A stretch of 64,000 bases of DNA from a virus: the IMG/VR virus record IMGVR_UViG_3300028584_000287, positions 422-64,421 of that record; one strand, 5' to 3'. Below are positions 27,172-37,181 of the stretch, in pieces. Under the pieces are notes generated by a model. It was not told where the DNA came from, did no database searches, and saw nothing but the letters and a program-made list of their open reading frames with translations. A program made the position numbers and the translations under genes. Positions within the stretch are counted from its first letter, which is position 1; every line of letters begins with the position of its first letter.

Positions 27172-28359
27172 ATGCAATATTTCACTGGTGAAGAATACCT
27201 ACGTATTATGGTGGCAAACCACATGGGCCTAGATAAGAGCCTATGGGAAGAGCGCATTGACTTCACCATGGGAAAGTCCATTGACGACCTTTGGAAAGCC
27301 TCTTGGGAGGCTGAAGAAGGCATCCTAATGCGTAAGGCTATACGCAATCTAGAAGCCTTCTACCAAGGCAAACCGGTATCAATGCCAGCAGCATTAGATG
27401 CTACAGCATCAGGTGTACAACTCCTGTCATGCTTATCTGGCTGTACAAAGTCCGGTGACATGGTTAACCTAGTTGACCCAACCAAACGTAAGGATCTGTA
27501 CTGGGAAGCAGCACAGAGCACTGGAGGCATCTTAAGTCGTGAAGACTTGAAGAAGCCAACCATGACTACGTTCTATGGCTCTAAAGCACAGCCTAAGAAG
27601 GTATTAGGTGAGGGTAGCCCAGAATATGAGGCTTTCTACGATATGTTAGAAACAGAATTACCGGGAGCCTACAGCTTAATTGCTGATATCCAATCGTGTT
27701 GGCAACCACATACATTAGCCCATGAATGGGAAATGTTTGATGGCCATAAGGTATTCATTCCTGTAATGCAGCCTGTCGATACGAAGATCGAAATTGATAC
27801 CTTGAATGGTATGAGCTATACCCATCGTCACCTCATCAATGAGGGAACCGATACCGGTATTAGCTTAGCTGCCCATGTAACCCATGGAACAGATGGATAC
27901 GTGGTACGGGAAATGGTGCGTAGAGCATCATACAACCTGCCACGAGTAGAATATCTGGCTAACCTATTCGCTAGAATAATGGGCAAACCTGATATGGATA
28001 ACGTATGTCCAATGGACATTACCCGAGTAATCTCTACTGATAGACTGTACGCCTTAATTGGCAAAGAGTCATATCGTGAGTTTACTGAAGGTGAACTACA
28101 TCATATCAATTGGAGACTTCACAGTATGCTGAGAACACAGCCATACAAAGTACTTCCAATACATGATTCGTTCGCACAGCACGTAAATTTCTGCAATAAA
28201 ACTAGGCAGAATTATGCAAATATTCTGACTGAAATTGCATGTACTGATTCACTTCAGTTCATTCTGAGACAAGTCACAGGTAACTATGATTTGGTATATC
28301 AGAAGGATGACGGAGAACTTTGGAAGCATATCCAAGGTGCAAACTACCAGTTATCATAG
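27172..28359 (+). CDS. RNA polymerase II subunit 2 (N4 gp16-like, T7-family)
   Basis: Motif A LDATASGVQ, motif B KKPTMTTFYGS, motif C IHDSF. Confidence 0.93.
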   Translation: MQYFTGEEYLRIMVANHMGLDKSLWEERIDFTMGKSIDDLWKASWEAEEGILMRKAIRNLEAFYQGKPVSMPAALDATASGVQLLSCLSGCTKSGDMVNLVDPTKRKDLYWEAAQSTGGILSREDLKKPTMTTFYGSKAQPKKVLGEGSPEYEAFYDMLETELPGAYSLIADIQSCWQPHTLAHEWEMFDGHKVFIPVMQPVDTKIEIDTLNGMSYTHRHLINEGTDTGISLAAHVTHGTDGYVVREMVRRASYNLPRVEYLANLFARIMGKPDMDNVCPMDITRVISTDRLYALIGKESYREFTEGELHHINWRLHSMLRTQPYKVLPIHDSFAQHVNFCNKTRQNYANILTEIACTDSLQFILRQVTGNYDLVYQKDDGELWKHIQGANYQLS

Positions 28360-28365
28360 TTTAAT

Positions 28366-28382
28366 AGAAGTCTCCGACTTCT
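28366..28382 (+). promoter_or_regulatory. N4 P2-like hairpin
   Basis: AGAAGTC-TCC-GACTTCT (7-bp stem). Confidence 0.6.
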
Positions 28383-28436
28383 GACTTGAGAAGTATAACC
28401 TAAATACTAAATGGTAGAAAAAGTACAAATAAGACT

Positions 28437-28467
28437 AAAGCTACCTAAAGGTAGCTTTGTTTTTTTG
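28437..28467 (+). terminator. Intrinsic terminator
   Basis: AAAGCTACC-TAAA-GGTAGCTTT-GTTTTTTT. Confidence 0.75.
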
Positions 28468-28537
28468 TACAGATAGTATATCTCTTAGTAATTACGAGAT
28501 AGACTGATATTTTACCTAACCACTAACGAGATAGACT

Positions 28538-28762
28538 ATGTATTTAGCATTACCCACTAACGCTAATTTAGATGAATTATTAGCCAACGAACAACCGTAT
28601 AAACTGAACGCTGGAGAGTGTGCAGGATTATCAGATGATATCCACTACACACATTCCCGTGAGATTAAGGACACATCCTTTGATAAGGATGCTGCCAAGC
28701 AGTACTTCCGAAGGAAGGAACTAACCTTCGAATACAACCTAGGTGATGACCTAGATAACTAA
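28538..28762 (+). CDS. Hypothetical protein
   Basis: 74 aa; followed by a CCCTGC/GCAGGG terminator. Confidence 0.6.
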   Translation: MYLALPTNANLDELLANEQPYKLNAGECAGLSDDIHYTHSREIKDTSFDKDAAKQYFRRKELTFEYNLGDDLDN

Positions 28763-28810
28763 CTTAAAAGCCCTGCATTCGCAGGGTTTCTTTTTTATAG
28801 GAACTATAAA

Positions 28811-29893
28811 ATGTCTGAGAAAATTAAAATCAAAGCAACCTTGCATGATGGCGATACTTACACTGTACGGGGTACAAGTGTAGTACATGCTCTTGCTACT
28901 TTCATCAGTAATCGTCTTACCAAAGACGAAGTAGATATACTACAAGGTATCTTGAAGGTAAGCGAAAAGTTTTCCAAATCCTTGAATACAGTGCCTTCAA
29001 ACTCTGCTGCAGAACCAACCCCTAGCTCTAATGCTGTATTGGCAGAACGTATTGTAGAATTAGACAGAAAACTGAGCCAATATATGGTAGCTGCCAAAGG
29101 CCAAACTAATACCATTGATAACCTATTGGCTGAGATAGATCGACTTAAAGCAGTAAACAATGATCTTCAAGTAGAGTTGGTGGGTGTAAACAGAAGCAAT
29201 ATGAACCTTGAAAAAAGTGTTCTAATTACTCAAGGTGATTGCAGGGCTTTAAAGGAATCCAACGAAGCATCCAGTAAACAGATCTTTGAGTTACTAGCAG
29301 AAATCAAAGCCCTAGAAACCCACAAACTTGATAGCGGGCATGTTATCGAAAACTTCCGTAAGAAAACCCATGGCATGGAAGATGATCTCGCTACTTATGA
29401 GAAGCGTCACGCTGCTATGCAGGCTAAGGTTTTAGAGCTTCAAGAAGAAAACCGTGTAATGGATAACTTGATTGCTGTTAAGCAAAAAGACTTGGCTCAT
29501 TATACAGAAGTAATTGCTGATCTTAAGCATATATGTAGTGGCTACAGTGGCAAGATAGATGCACTTGAGAAGCAAGTAGCTTTACAAAGTTCACATGCTG
29601 CTTCGCTTGAGAACCAGCTTGTAGATAGAGTTCGTGCTTTAGACATTCAATCTTCCAATGTAGCAAGTTTAAATCGTAAGTACTCAAGTGTATGTCAGTA
29701 CTTAGTTAACTTTAGGGACGCATTTAACCGCTATACCGGATCTGTAGATGGTTCAGAGTTCCAAAGAAATGCTGTAGCCAATCTACAAAAATTACTTGCC
29801 ATGTACCCTGAAATTGTTGAAACCGATTCAGATAAAACTACATCTGCGGTTGAATGGCAAGCACCTGCTGAACGTGGAACAGAAGGATATTAA
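28811..29893 (+). CDS. Long coiled-coil hypothetical protein
   Basis: AGGA RBS; 360 aa with heptad periodicity. Confidence 0.7.
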   Translation: MSEKIKIKATLHDGDTYTVRGTSVVHALATFISNRLTKDEVDILQGILKVSEKFSKSLNTVPSNSAAEPTPSSNAVLAERIVELDRKLSQYMVAAKGQTNTIDNLLAEIDRLKAVNNDLQVELVGVNRSNMNLEKSVLITQGDCRALKESNEASSKQIFELLAEIKALETHKLDSGHVIENFRKKTHGMEDDLATYEKRHAAMQAKVLELQEENRVMDNLIAVKQKDLAHYTEVIADLKHICSGYSGKIDALEKQVALQSSHAASLENQLVDRVRALDIQSSNVASLNRKYSSVCQYLVNFRDAFNRYTGSVDGSEFQRNAVANLQKLLAMYPEIVETDSDKTTSAVEWQAPAERGTEGY

Positions 29894-29895
29894 TC

Positions 29896-30231
29896 ATGAA
29901 ACAACCTCATGTACATGCTGAGCTTATCAAAGCTTGGGCAGATGGCGCTGAAATCCAAGTTCGTACTTCTAGAAGTAAGAACCCTGAATGGCTTGACGTA
30001 GAAACGCCAAGATGGGAGCAACAAATGGAGTACCGTATCAAACCAGAACCAACTGATTTTGATATTCATGGTGTTGAAGTTGGTGACATTTGGAAAATCC
30101 TACCTGATGATACAGTTATAGCAGTGCGTTATATAAGAAGCACCAATGTAATGAGTTTAACCGGAATTGACCACGATTTGACTTCTTTAAACCGTTTACT
30201 ATTCCGTCGTGGTGAGGTAGATAAGCTATGA
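29896..30231 (+). CDS. Hypothetical phage protein
   Basis: PHVHAELIKAWADGAEIQ...YRIKP motif common in phage accessory genes. Confidence 0.7.
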   Translation: MKQPHVHAELIKAWADGAEIQVRTSRSKNPEWLDVETPRWEQQMEYRIKPEPTDFDIHGVEVGDIWKILPDDTVIAVRYIRSTNVMSLTGIDHDLTSLNRLLFRRGEVDKL

Positions 30232-30479
30232 AAAATTACATAGCTCAAGTGTTATTCCAAGCAATGGCAAGCATCCCTGATGCAGTTACCACAATGGAAA
30301 CAATAGACGAAAGCAGTAACGTTAAGTTACTGCAAGAAGTCTTTCCTTTGTTGGATAAGCAACATACCAAACCCCGTAAAGATCGTGGTTTTAGCAATGC
30401 TGAATGGGACAGATATTATAAATCTGTCTCTAAACCAAAACGTGCTCATAAGGATCGCCATAAGAAAGGCAAGCCTTAA
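30228..30479 (+). CDS. Hypothetical protein
   Basis: GAGG RBS; ATGA overlap. Confidence 0.6.
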   Translation: MKNYIAQVLFQAMASIPDAVTTMETIDESSNVKLLQEVFPLLDKQHTKPRKDRGFSNAEWDRYYKSVSKPKRAHKDRHKKGKP

Positions 30480-30496
30480 ACCAAGGAACTATTGGT

Positions 30497-30823
30497 ATGA
30501 AACCAAACGTCGTACAACGAGTTATAGCAGTAGCTGGTGAAAACTTTGATAGTAGAGGTTGTCGTGTGACAAATCCCTACATAACCGCAAGAGAGAGCAT
30601 TGAGCTTGGGGATTACATTGTTGCCTTGGAAGAGGAAAACAAAAAGTTAAACTCAAGGCTTGTTGCAATAACCCGAGCCATCGAAGTTATCCAAGATCTG
30701 AACCCACGTAAGATCCCTTTGGTTGATACCGCTCTTACTGGTGCAATCGAAAAACATCGAATGGAGCGTAGGCTCTGGGATAAGTTAAACGAAGTTCTAT
30801 CAAACAAACCGGAGTCAACATGA
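30497..30823 (+). CDS. Hypothetical protein
   Basis: AAGGA RBS; 108 aa. Confidence 0.6.
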   Translation: MKPNVVQRVIAVAGENFDSRGCRVTNPYITARESIELGDYIVALEEENKKLNSRLVAITRAIEVIQDLNPRKIPLVDTALTGAIEKHRMERRLWDKLNEVLSNKPEST

Positions 30824-31005
30824 TTGATTTAATCTATCAAGTAACACAAACCTTAGCGTTAATAACATTGTTAATGATGGTAGCAGGTAAAGTAGGTGCT
30901 TTCGATCAAGTACCTGAAAACACCTTCCTATGGGTTGCAGGATCAATACTTGCAGTAACCGTTATCATGCTTTTCATTTCAGGTCTTTTACTCGTCTGGA
31001 GTTAA
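30820..31005 (+). CDS. Two-TM membrane protein
   Basis: Two hydrophobic helices in 61 aa; GGAG RBS. Confidence 0.6.
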   Translation: MIDLIYQVTQTLALITLLMMVAGKVGAFDQVPENTFLWVAGSILAVTVIMLFISGLLLVWS

Positions 31006-31010
31006 ACCAA

Positions 31011-31622
31011 ATGGCAAAGAAACAACGTCCACCTCGTATAGGTGACTTCCTAAAAGCAGGTATCCAAAGTCCTACCTTACGACAAGTACCGGACTTTCGT
31101 TTACCTGACCCAATCCGGTACAACTCATCTGAGGCCACTACGATACTTGGTATGAATGCTTCTCTTGCAGTTGAAGATGCTTTTGAGAAGATGGTTATCC
31201 AAGGAAAGTCTGTACTTGTTTATGACCCAGAGGCATATAGCATGCTTCAAAGTCTACAGAAAGACTACTTAAACACTCTTGATCAAATAAATGCAGAGGA
31301 AAAGGTAACTGCTGTAAAGCTTAACCAAGTGTATATCGACCATGAGAATAAGTACTTCACCGAAGATGATGTTAAGACCTTATTGGTTCAGAACAAATCT
31401 CTAAAGTTGTTGCTTGAAATAGAGAAAGGAAATTCATCTGAGCAGCGGTATATGAAAGATCTTGCTCGTAAGCAGAGGGATAAAGTAACCAAGCAGCTTA
31501 GTGAAGTTACCCAAATACTCGAGTTTTATAAGAAAGGTCTTGATATCGGTATAGAACAAGATCTGGAATGTACCTCTGTCAAAAAGGGTATTGAAGGCTT
31601 CATGAAGTCTCTGGAGAAGTAA
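31011..31622 (+). CDS. Coiled-coil hypothetical protein
   Basis: GGAG RBS; ATG at 31011. Confidence 0.65.
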   Translation: MAKKQRPPRIGDFLKAGIQSPTLRQVPDFRLPDPIRYNSSEATTILGMNASLAVEDAFEKMVIQGKSVLVYDPEAYSMLQSLQKDYLNTLDQINAEEKVTAVKLNQVYIDHENKYFTEDDVKTLLVQNKSLKLLLEIEKGNSSEQRYMKDLARKQRDKVTKQLSEVTQILEFYKKGLDIGIEQDLECTSVKKGIEGFMKSLEK

Positions 31623-31966
31623 TGAAAAAATTCAGAATATGGAACAATATAGACAAAGGTTTTGTAGATGAAAGCACTATAAAACTTATACCTATCCTCT
31701 TAGGTAAAGTTCTACATGGACTCAACTATGAGGACATTGCGGATATGTACTTAGGTATTACCGATATCAAAGGTGTTGAGATATTTGAAAACGATATTGT
31801 GACAATCCCCGGTACTGGTATCTGTAAAGTAGAGTGGTCCCCTCATCTAGGGGTAATATACCGCCCTGCTAATGGGGATTATGTAGATCATCATGACTGC
31901 GTAGCTGAGAATGATCATCCAACAATCATAGGCAATATCCATCAACATAAGGATCTCTACAAATGA
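31622..31966 (+). CDS. YopX-family protein
   Basis: KFRIWN, GITDIKGVEIFENDIV, IIGNIHQH motifs. Confidence 0.8.
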   Translation: MKKFRIWNNIDKGFVDESTIKLIPILLGKVLHGLNYEDIADMYLGITDIKGVEIFENDIVTIPGTGICKVEWSPHLGVIYRPANGDYVDHHDCVAENDHPTIIGNIHQHKDLYK

Positions 31967-32130
31967 AAATAAACAAGGTTGTTTTCATTTTGTTAGCAGG
32001 TGCTTTAGGGGTAATCATAGACGAATGGTGTATGTCTTTCGGAACACCTGAGTTCTTAGGTATGACGGTATTTATAATCGGTCAAGCTCTAGGAGCAGTA
32101 ACCACTGCTGTCCAATCAAACAACGAATAA
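31963..32130 (+). CDS. Small two-TM protein
   Basis: 55 aa, hydrophobic; ATGA overlap; below the track cut-off. Confidence 0.5.
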   Translation: MKINKVVFILLAGALGVIIDEWCMSFGTPEFLGMTVFIIGQALGAVTTAVQSNNE

Positions 32131-32143
32131 TAGGAAATACTCT

Positions 32144-32614
32144 ATGAGTATGCACAAGAAACCTTTAACACCTTTGGAAGAAGAAGGCTTACGTGTTCAT
32201 CATCTGACTATCGGTGCTCCAAGCCAACTATCTGATGCCTTCAGAATCGGTATGGCTTGGGCGCAAAGAAACTCACAAGCAGAACGTGAATTAAATACTC
32301 TGGTGTCGAAAATATCTAAAGTTCGTAATTATTGTGAATTACACAATATAGGCGAATGGGGTAGCTTTTGCACAGAAGAATTAATTAAACATTGTGATGC
32401 TTTAGTAGCGCAGGTTGCAGCATACAAAGAGAGATCATCCCAACTTAATAAATTGTGCGATGAACTTATCGACCATCTTCGCTACAACAAAGCTGAACGT
32501 GATGATGTATTGAATAGCTTCTGGGCTAAACAAGAAGCTATCAAGCATGTGCCAAGCGATCCACAACAATGTATAGCAAAAATCTGTAAGGGTGAATCAA
32601 ATGAACCTAAGTAA
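32144..32614 (+). CDS. Mosaic hypothetical protein
   Basis: AGGA RBS; PSQLSDAFRIG and PQQC modules. Confidence 0.65.
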   Translation: MSMHKKPLTPLEEEGLRVHHLTIGAPSQLSDAFRIGMAWAQRNSQAERELNTLVSKISKVRNYCELHNIGEWGSFCTEELIKHCDALVAQVAAYKERSSQLNKLCDELIDHLRYNKAERDDVLNSFWAKQEAIKHVPSDPQQCIAKICKGESNEPK

Positions 32615-33227
32615 AATTTTATGGGACTTGCATCATAGCAGTGATGTAGGTAATGCAGTAGAAGGCTTAGCTGAATTAGCTGTAGCTTTAGAAAATGAGC
32701 GTGATGCTTTAAGCGCTCAAAACAAGACTTTCATAGATTTTTTAAAAGGTCTAAGTGAATTGCATACCTACGGTGCTGATGAAGCAAAAGAACTACTTGC
32801 AGGGAATTCAGAACAAGATCTACCAATTCACAAAGCAAATACAGACAAGCTGGCAGAGTTAGCCTTGTACTGTGTACAACGTAAAATTGGTCGTGGTGGT
32901 CAAGAAGCACACGAAGCAATAATGCTTTATTGTGATGTTTTGACTGCACAGCTTGAGCTAATGCACCAAGGAGTTTTATCTTACCTGAACAATTCCATAA
33001 CTTCGAGGGATGAAGAAGTTAACTGGAAAAAGTTAGTACGTATACTGGAATCAAACCCTCAACAATGCCTCACAGAAATTAAGGCAATAGCTATTGAAGA
33101 AGCAATCGGTGAATGCTTATCAGCCATTGATGACAATGCAGCTATTAAGCTTGTCCCCTTTGGTTATTTGTTATCAGAAAAATGGTTACTCCATTACGCT
33201 GAGAAAGTCCGTCGAGGTGATGAGTGA
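32601..33227 (+). CDS. Mosaic hypothetical protein
   Basis: Shares a PQQC(I/L) module with the upstream gene. Confidence 0.6.
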   Translation: MNLSKILWDLHHSSDVGNAVEGLAELAVALENERDALSAQNKTFIDFLKGLSELHTYGADEAKELLAGNSEQDLPIHKANTDKLAELALYCVQRKIGRGGQEAHEAIMLYCDVLTAQLELMHQGVLSYLNNSITSRDEEVNWKKLVRILESNPQQCLTEIKAIAIEEAIGECLSAIDDNAAIKLVPFGYLLSEKWLLHYAEKVRRGDE

Positions 33228-33487
33228 TTAAACTACTTAAATCTTTTGCTTGGTTATTTGTCCTAACCTTGGCAGGTTGTGATACGTATGAACAAGTACC
33301 AATGAATGTAACCGAAAAAGCTAATGAGCTTTGCTCAACCATGGGGGGAGTTAAACAGTTATACGTCAAGTCTTGGTCAGATAATCCAAAAGTATCCAGT
33401 AGTCCGATGAATACCAAACTACTTGTGACCTGTAGAAAGCATAATGCTGAGGTATCAAGTACATTTCAATGGGAAAGAGAATTATGA
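33224..33487 (+). CDS. Lipoprotein
   Basis: Signal peptide MIKLLKSFAWLFVLTLAG-C with an LAGC lipobox. Confidence 0.75.
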   Translation: MIKLLKSFAWLFVLTLAGCDTYEQVPMNVTEKANELCSTMGGVKQLYVKSWSDNPKVSSSPMNTKLLVTCRKHNAEVSSTFQWEREL

Positions 33488-33684
33488 TCAAACTAACCTT
33501 ATCAGGGGACAGAGGTACTATCCTTCTGAACCCTAGACACATTCTTAGTATTACTGAAGGTCATTCTAGAAATGTTGTAGTAAGGCTTATAGATGGTATC
33601 TCGTATGAAGTACGCGAGCCACTCTTAAATATTCAACAGATGTTATACAAAGGGATAGCTGCAAATGGCAACCAAACAAACTAA
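33484..33684 (+). CDS. Small beta protein, FlbD/SwrD-like pattern
   Basis: MIKLT...ILLNPRHILSITE...VRLIDG.SYEVRE. Confidence 0.45.
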   Translation: MIKLTLSGDRGTILLNPRHILSITEGHSRNVVVRLIDGISYEVREPLLNIQQMLYKGIAANGNQTN

Positions 33685-33964
33685 CCGTATGAAGTTCCAA
33701 ATGTGGACACCTAACCTCAATATCAAATCAGAAGGTTCTCTGGTAGGTGGTGTTGTACACGCATTCGATTTTCTATCAATCGAACAGAAAGAAGTAGCTT
33801 TAAAAAAGATGAGTGAACGTCTTCTTAAAGCCAAGGCTAAAGCTGAAGGTTTATCTGTGGTAGATGTACCGGTATCTAAAATGTCTCTTGAAGACTTGGA
33901 AGGTAACGTACTTGATCGCACCTCAGCAGTAACTATTGAAACTTCTTCATCAGAAGGACAGTAA
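33665..33964 (+). CDS. Hypothetical protein
   Basis: 99 aa; tiles the operon. Confidence 0.6.
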   Translation: MATKQTNRMKFQMWTPNLNIKSEGSLVGGVVHAFDFLSIEQKEVALKKMSERLLKAKAKAEGLSVVDVPVSKMSLEDLEGNVLDRTSAVTIETSSSEGQ

Positions 33965-34109
33965 ACTATGTCTGATGAAAAACCTGATAAAGGTCCACTA
34001 TCTAGTAGTGAGAAGTTAGCACTGGAATTTACCTTAATATCCTTCTGCTTACTTCTATCTACTGTAATGTTATCCGGTGCTTACTGGGTAGTAATGTGGG
34101 TACTCAATT

Positions 34110-34496
34110 ATGAGTTCTGAACCTTGTAAAACATGTAACTACTATTTAGACACGGCTAACGTACAGTGTCGTACTCATGGGCTTGTAAATGCCCGTAAAG
34201 ATGAAACTGATATGGAGAATGTTATGCTCCGTAAGCAAGTGACTGTATTACTTGAATGTGTGAAACGGTGTCTGTACGGTCATGTTATAGATGCAGAAGG
34301 TAACAGGGATGAAGATGGTTATACAGCATTCCCTGATCATAAAGGTATTGAGGCTTGTCTTAGGACAACATTAGTACAAGTAAAACAACAATCAGACTAT
34401 TACAGACCTAAGTTGGATAAGCTTGCCGCTGTAAGTCTTAAACATCAAAAGAGGCTAAAGAAACTATGCCAACCAAACAAGAAGAATTCCGGTTAA
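34110..34496 (+). CDS. Hypothetical protein with an N-terminal Cys cluster
   Basis: CKTC...CRTH. Confidence 0.55.
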   Translation: MSSEPCKTCNYYLDTANVQCRTHGLVNARKDETDMENVMLRKQVTVLLECVKRCLYGHVIDAEGNRDEDGYTAFPDHKGIEACLRTTLVQVKQQSDYYRPKLDKLAAVSLKHQKRLKKLCQPNKKNSG

Positions 34497-34813
34497 CTGA
34501 GTCCAAGTTAATGGAAGATATCCGGTCACTTGAAATGCAAATCCAAGAACGACGTGCTTATTTATATAAGATTCGTGCAGAGTACTCAGAATCTGTTTGC
34601 CCCTTAAAAATAGGAGAAGTTATAAAAAATACTGGCCCTGTTCATTGGGGAAAAATGGTACGTATAGTGCGCTACATTCCAACCGATGGGTATTGGTTTC
34701 GTTCTTTTAGTAAACCTAATAACTGGGGTGTTCTAGCCACTGTCCTTAAAAAGGATGGTTCTGAATCAAGTTCAACGGTAGAAATCCATGGGTACGCAGA
34801 ACCTCAAAACTAA
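34466..34813 (+). CDS. Hypothetical protein
   Basis: CPLKIGEVI motif; 115 aa. Confidence 0.6.
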   Translation: MPTKQEEFRLTESKLMEDIRSLEMQIQERRAYLYKIRAEYSESVCPLKIGEVIKNTGPVHWGKMVRIVRYIPTDGYWFRSFSKPNNWGVLATVLKKDGSESSSTVEIHGYAEPQN

Positions 34814-35141
34814 GATCATGAACCTTATTGAACAAGGTTTTAATAATGATCAAATCGAAGAACAAACTGGAGCATCAAAAAGTCATATCGTCCATACCCG
34901 TATGGAGTATAACGAAGTTGTGCCACAAGATATGCGTAAACCCTCAGTACCAAAATTGACTGCTCCAAAAGAGGGTACAGAAAGACGTATCGTTTACGAC
35001 TATATGATGCTGTACCCTAACTCAAGATTTAGCGAAGTAGTGCAAGGAACAGGCTTACCAGCTGGTACAGTTGGTTCTGTACGTCACCGCTACTTCTCAC
35101 CTAAAGCCATAGAACAAAGGGCAAACCAATGCAATACTTAG
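34788..35141 (+). CDS. Putative double-HTH protein
   Basis: FNNDQIEEQTGASKSHIV and FSEVVQGTGLPAGTVGSVR HTH-like segments. Confidence 0.5.
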   Translation: MGTQNLKTKIMNLIEQGFNNDQIEEQTGASKSHIVHTRMEYNEVVPQDMRKPSVPKLTAPKEGTERRIVYDYMMLYPNSRFSEVVQGTGLPAGTVGSVRHRYFSPKAIEQRANQCNT

Positions 35142-35326
35142 TAAAAATTATTGAGCGAGGTTCTAAAGAAGCAGTAGAGTCGCTCGGTCCCATGTCTCAC
35201 AACGCTGCTATACGTGTTGAGCGTGGGGTAAATATCAACCTTAACCATGGTGGCTATATCACTGAAATTGTAGAGGTCGAAGATGAATCCAACGGAGAAC
35301 AAGATACGGTTAATCCTTCTGAATAA
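35129..35326 (+). CDS. Hypothetical protein
   Basis: 65 aa; tiles the operon. Confidence 0.55.
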   Translation: MQYLVKIIERGSKEAVESLGPMSHNAAIRVERGVNINLNHGGYITEIVEVEDESNGEQDTVNPSE

Positions 35327-35582
35327 AAAACTGAGAAAGATTGTACAAGACCTGATGTTAACTCAAGGGGATGACCATCTAATGGAAATCTTGGCTACTG
35401 GGGCCAATACAACATCCCTTGTATCAGATGTCTTAGGTTCCAGTGTACAAGCCATTTCAGCTCGTCTAAACAAGCTCTACTACAAAGGGTATGTCAGTAG
35501 AGAACGGAGGCTTCAGGACTCCGGTGGATATGAATGGGTTTACTCATTAATTGACCACAAGAAGGAACCGTCCGATGAATAA
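35283..35582 (+). CDS. Winged-helix DNA-binding protein
   Basis: TTSLVSDVLGSSVQAISARLNKLYYKGYVSR...GGYEWVY. Confidence 0.65.
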   Translation: MNPTENKIRLILLNKKLRKIVQDLMLTQGDDHLMEILATGANTTSLVSDVLGSSVQAISARLNKLYYKGYVSRERRLQDSGGYEWVYSLIDHKKEPSDE

Positions 35583-36159
35583 CGAATGTGATGACGACAG
35601 GATCACCTGTGGGCACTGTGGAAGACGAAACTACCCAGAGGTAGGTATGAGCTTATGCGAATGCTTCTGGGAGCGTAGAGGACAGCCAAATCAACAACCC
35701 TGTAGTGAAGAAGACCTACGGAAAGAAATTGCTTATATGCAAAAAGAGGTCAATTCCTTTTTCAGAGAAACAGAGGAATTTATGAATGATGATCAAGAAT
35801 TAAATTGGGGGTGTCAAACCATCCTAGGAAATGGGAATTTTCTTACTTGCCTATGCCCTCAATGTATAGAAGAGAAGAAAGCTTACTATGAAAAATTCCA
35901 ACGTAGGCATTCCCAAAACCAGACAAGTAAGCGTGGTACAAAGTTCCAAGGTGCTTACGTACACCAGCGTCAATTTGTTAAAGAAAAATCTCCGAACAAT
36001 GTAACTCCAATTCCGGTTGAACCTAAGTTCCCGAAAGAAGATGAGTTATTCCAAAGGCTCAATGCTGTAGTCTCCGACTACTCCGGTGAGCTATCACTTG
36101 TAGCAACCGTTGGAGTTTTAGAACTCCTAAAACTAGCCATTATCGAGCGTACAAAATGA
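35575..36159 (+). CDS. Cys-rich hypothetical protein
   Basis: CGHC, CEC and CLCPQC; AAGGA RBS. Confidence 0.55.
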   Translation: MNNECDDDRITCGHCGRRNYPEVGMSLCECFWERRGQPNQQPCSEEDLRKEIAYMQKEVNSFFRETEEFMNDDQELNWGCQTILGNGNFLTCLCPQCIEEKKAYYEKFQRRHSQNQTSKRGTKFQGAYVHQRQFVKEKSPNNVTPIPVEPKFPKEDELFQRLNAVVSDYSGELSLVATVGVLELLKLAIIERTK

Positions 36160-36410
36160 GCCAATTTATTCCATGGGAACCGTTTGAAAATTACGAAGAA
36201 TCTCAATTTAGTCAATTCGTAATGGAGCACTATATGTCAGTGCTCTCCGTACTAAAACAGCTTACTTCTGATGAAGCTTTAGCTGAAACCAGAGCAGCCG
36301 AAATTGTTGTAGGGCATTTCTTTTCAGGGATACCTGAAAATATGTCATACCGCGAAGCTTTTGATTTATGGCGAAGCCTGCCTGATAAAAGGGATCTTAT
36401 ATGCAATTAG
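36156..36410 (+). CDS. Hypothetical protein
   Basis: ATGA overlap. Confidence 0.55.
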   Translation: MSQFIPWEPFENYEESQFSQFVMEHYMSVLSVLKQLTSDEALAETRAAEIVVGHFFSGIPENMSYREAFDLWRSLPDKRDLICN

Positions 36411-36928
36411 AAATCACTCATGCTACAGACCTGAGTAAGGTTCTGACTACGTATTACAAAGCGTATATTGAACCATCTCCAGAGGGTATCACTTTACGTT
36501 TTATGGAGTATTACGAATTACACAGTACTCCGTGCTACTCCTTCTGCTTACAAGATCACATGATCTATGGCCGTAGAAATATCGAAGATCTCTATGATGA
36601 AGCCAAGCGTTGTGGTTGGAAGATACACCGTATCCATAAGCAAGCAAGTCGCTTTGCTTTCCCTACCAAAGAGCAAGCTTACGAACACTTCATTATGATG
36701 AAGTTCCGTCAAGAAGGTCATTTAATCCGACAATTAAGATTCCTTAAATTGTTCTTGGATAACATCAGAGTAAAACACTCAGCTTCGAATACACATTTTG
36801 AATTTACCAGTCAATTGAAGTTAGAAGATCTAACTGTCAAGACAGAAAACTTTATGGGTAAACGTGATGTTTACCTTATTCCTAATACAGAGGAAAAAAT
36901 AAATGACATCTACAGTTTCAACTGGTGA
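36401..36928 (+). CDS. Hypothetical phage protein
   Basis: RFAFPTKEQAYEHF motif. Confidence 0.6.
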   Translation: MQLEITHATDLSKVLTTYYKAYIEPSPEGITLRFMEYYELHSTPCYSFCLQDHMIYGRRNIEDLYDEAKRCGWKIHRIHKQASRFAFPTKEQAYEHFIMMKFRQEGHLIRQLRFLKLFLDNIRVKHSASNTHFEFTSQLKLEDLTVKTENFMGKRDVYLIPNTEEKINDIYSFNW

Positions 36929-37181
36929 AATAGTTATCCGCCCTGATAAAGAATTTCATTCAACAACTAAGCCAACTACGTTGGTTCAGGAAGATGAGAT
37001 TAAAACCATCCAAAGTATTTACGATGTCCGGTCAAATGTATCCAAGATACAAAACATGTCTGACTCGTTAAAATCTCAAATTTACAATTCATTGTTTGAA
37101 GCTGAACGATTGATCAATACGCATATTGGTCGTCGAGCGGTACACATGCACCGTATCAAAGAACGGATGCAAACTAAATGA
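36903..37181 (+). CDS. Hypothetical protein
   Basis: GAGG RBS. Confidence 0.55.
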   Translation: MTSTVSTGEIVIRPDKEFHSTTKPTTLVQEDEIKTIQSIYDVRSNVSKIQNMSDSLKSQIYNSLFEAERLINTHIGRRAVHMHRIKERMQTK

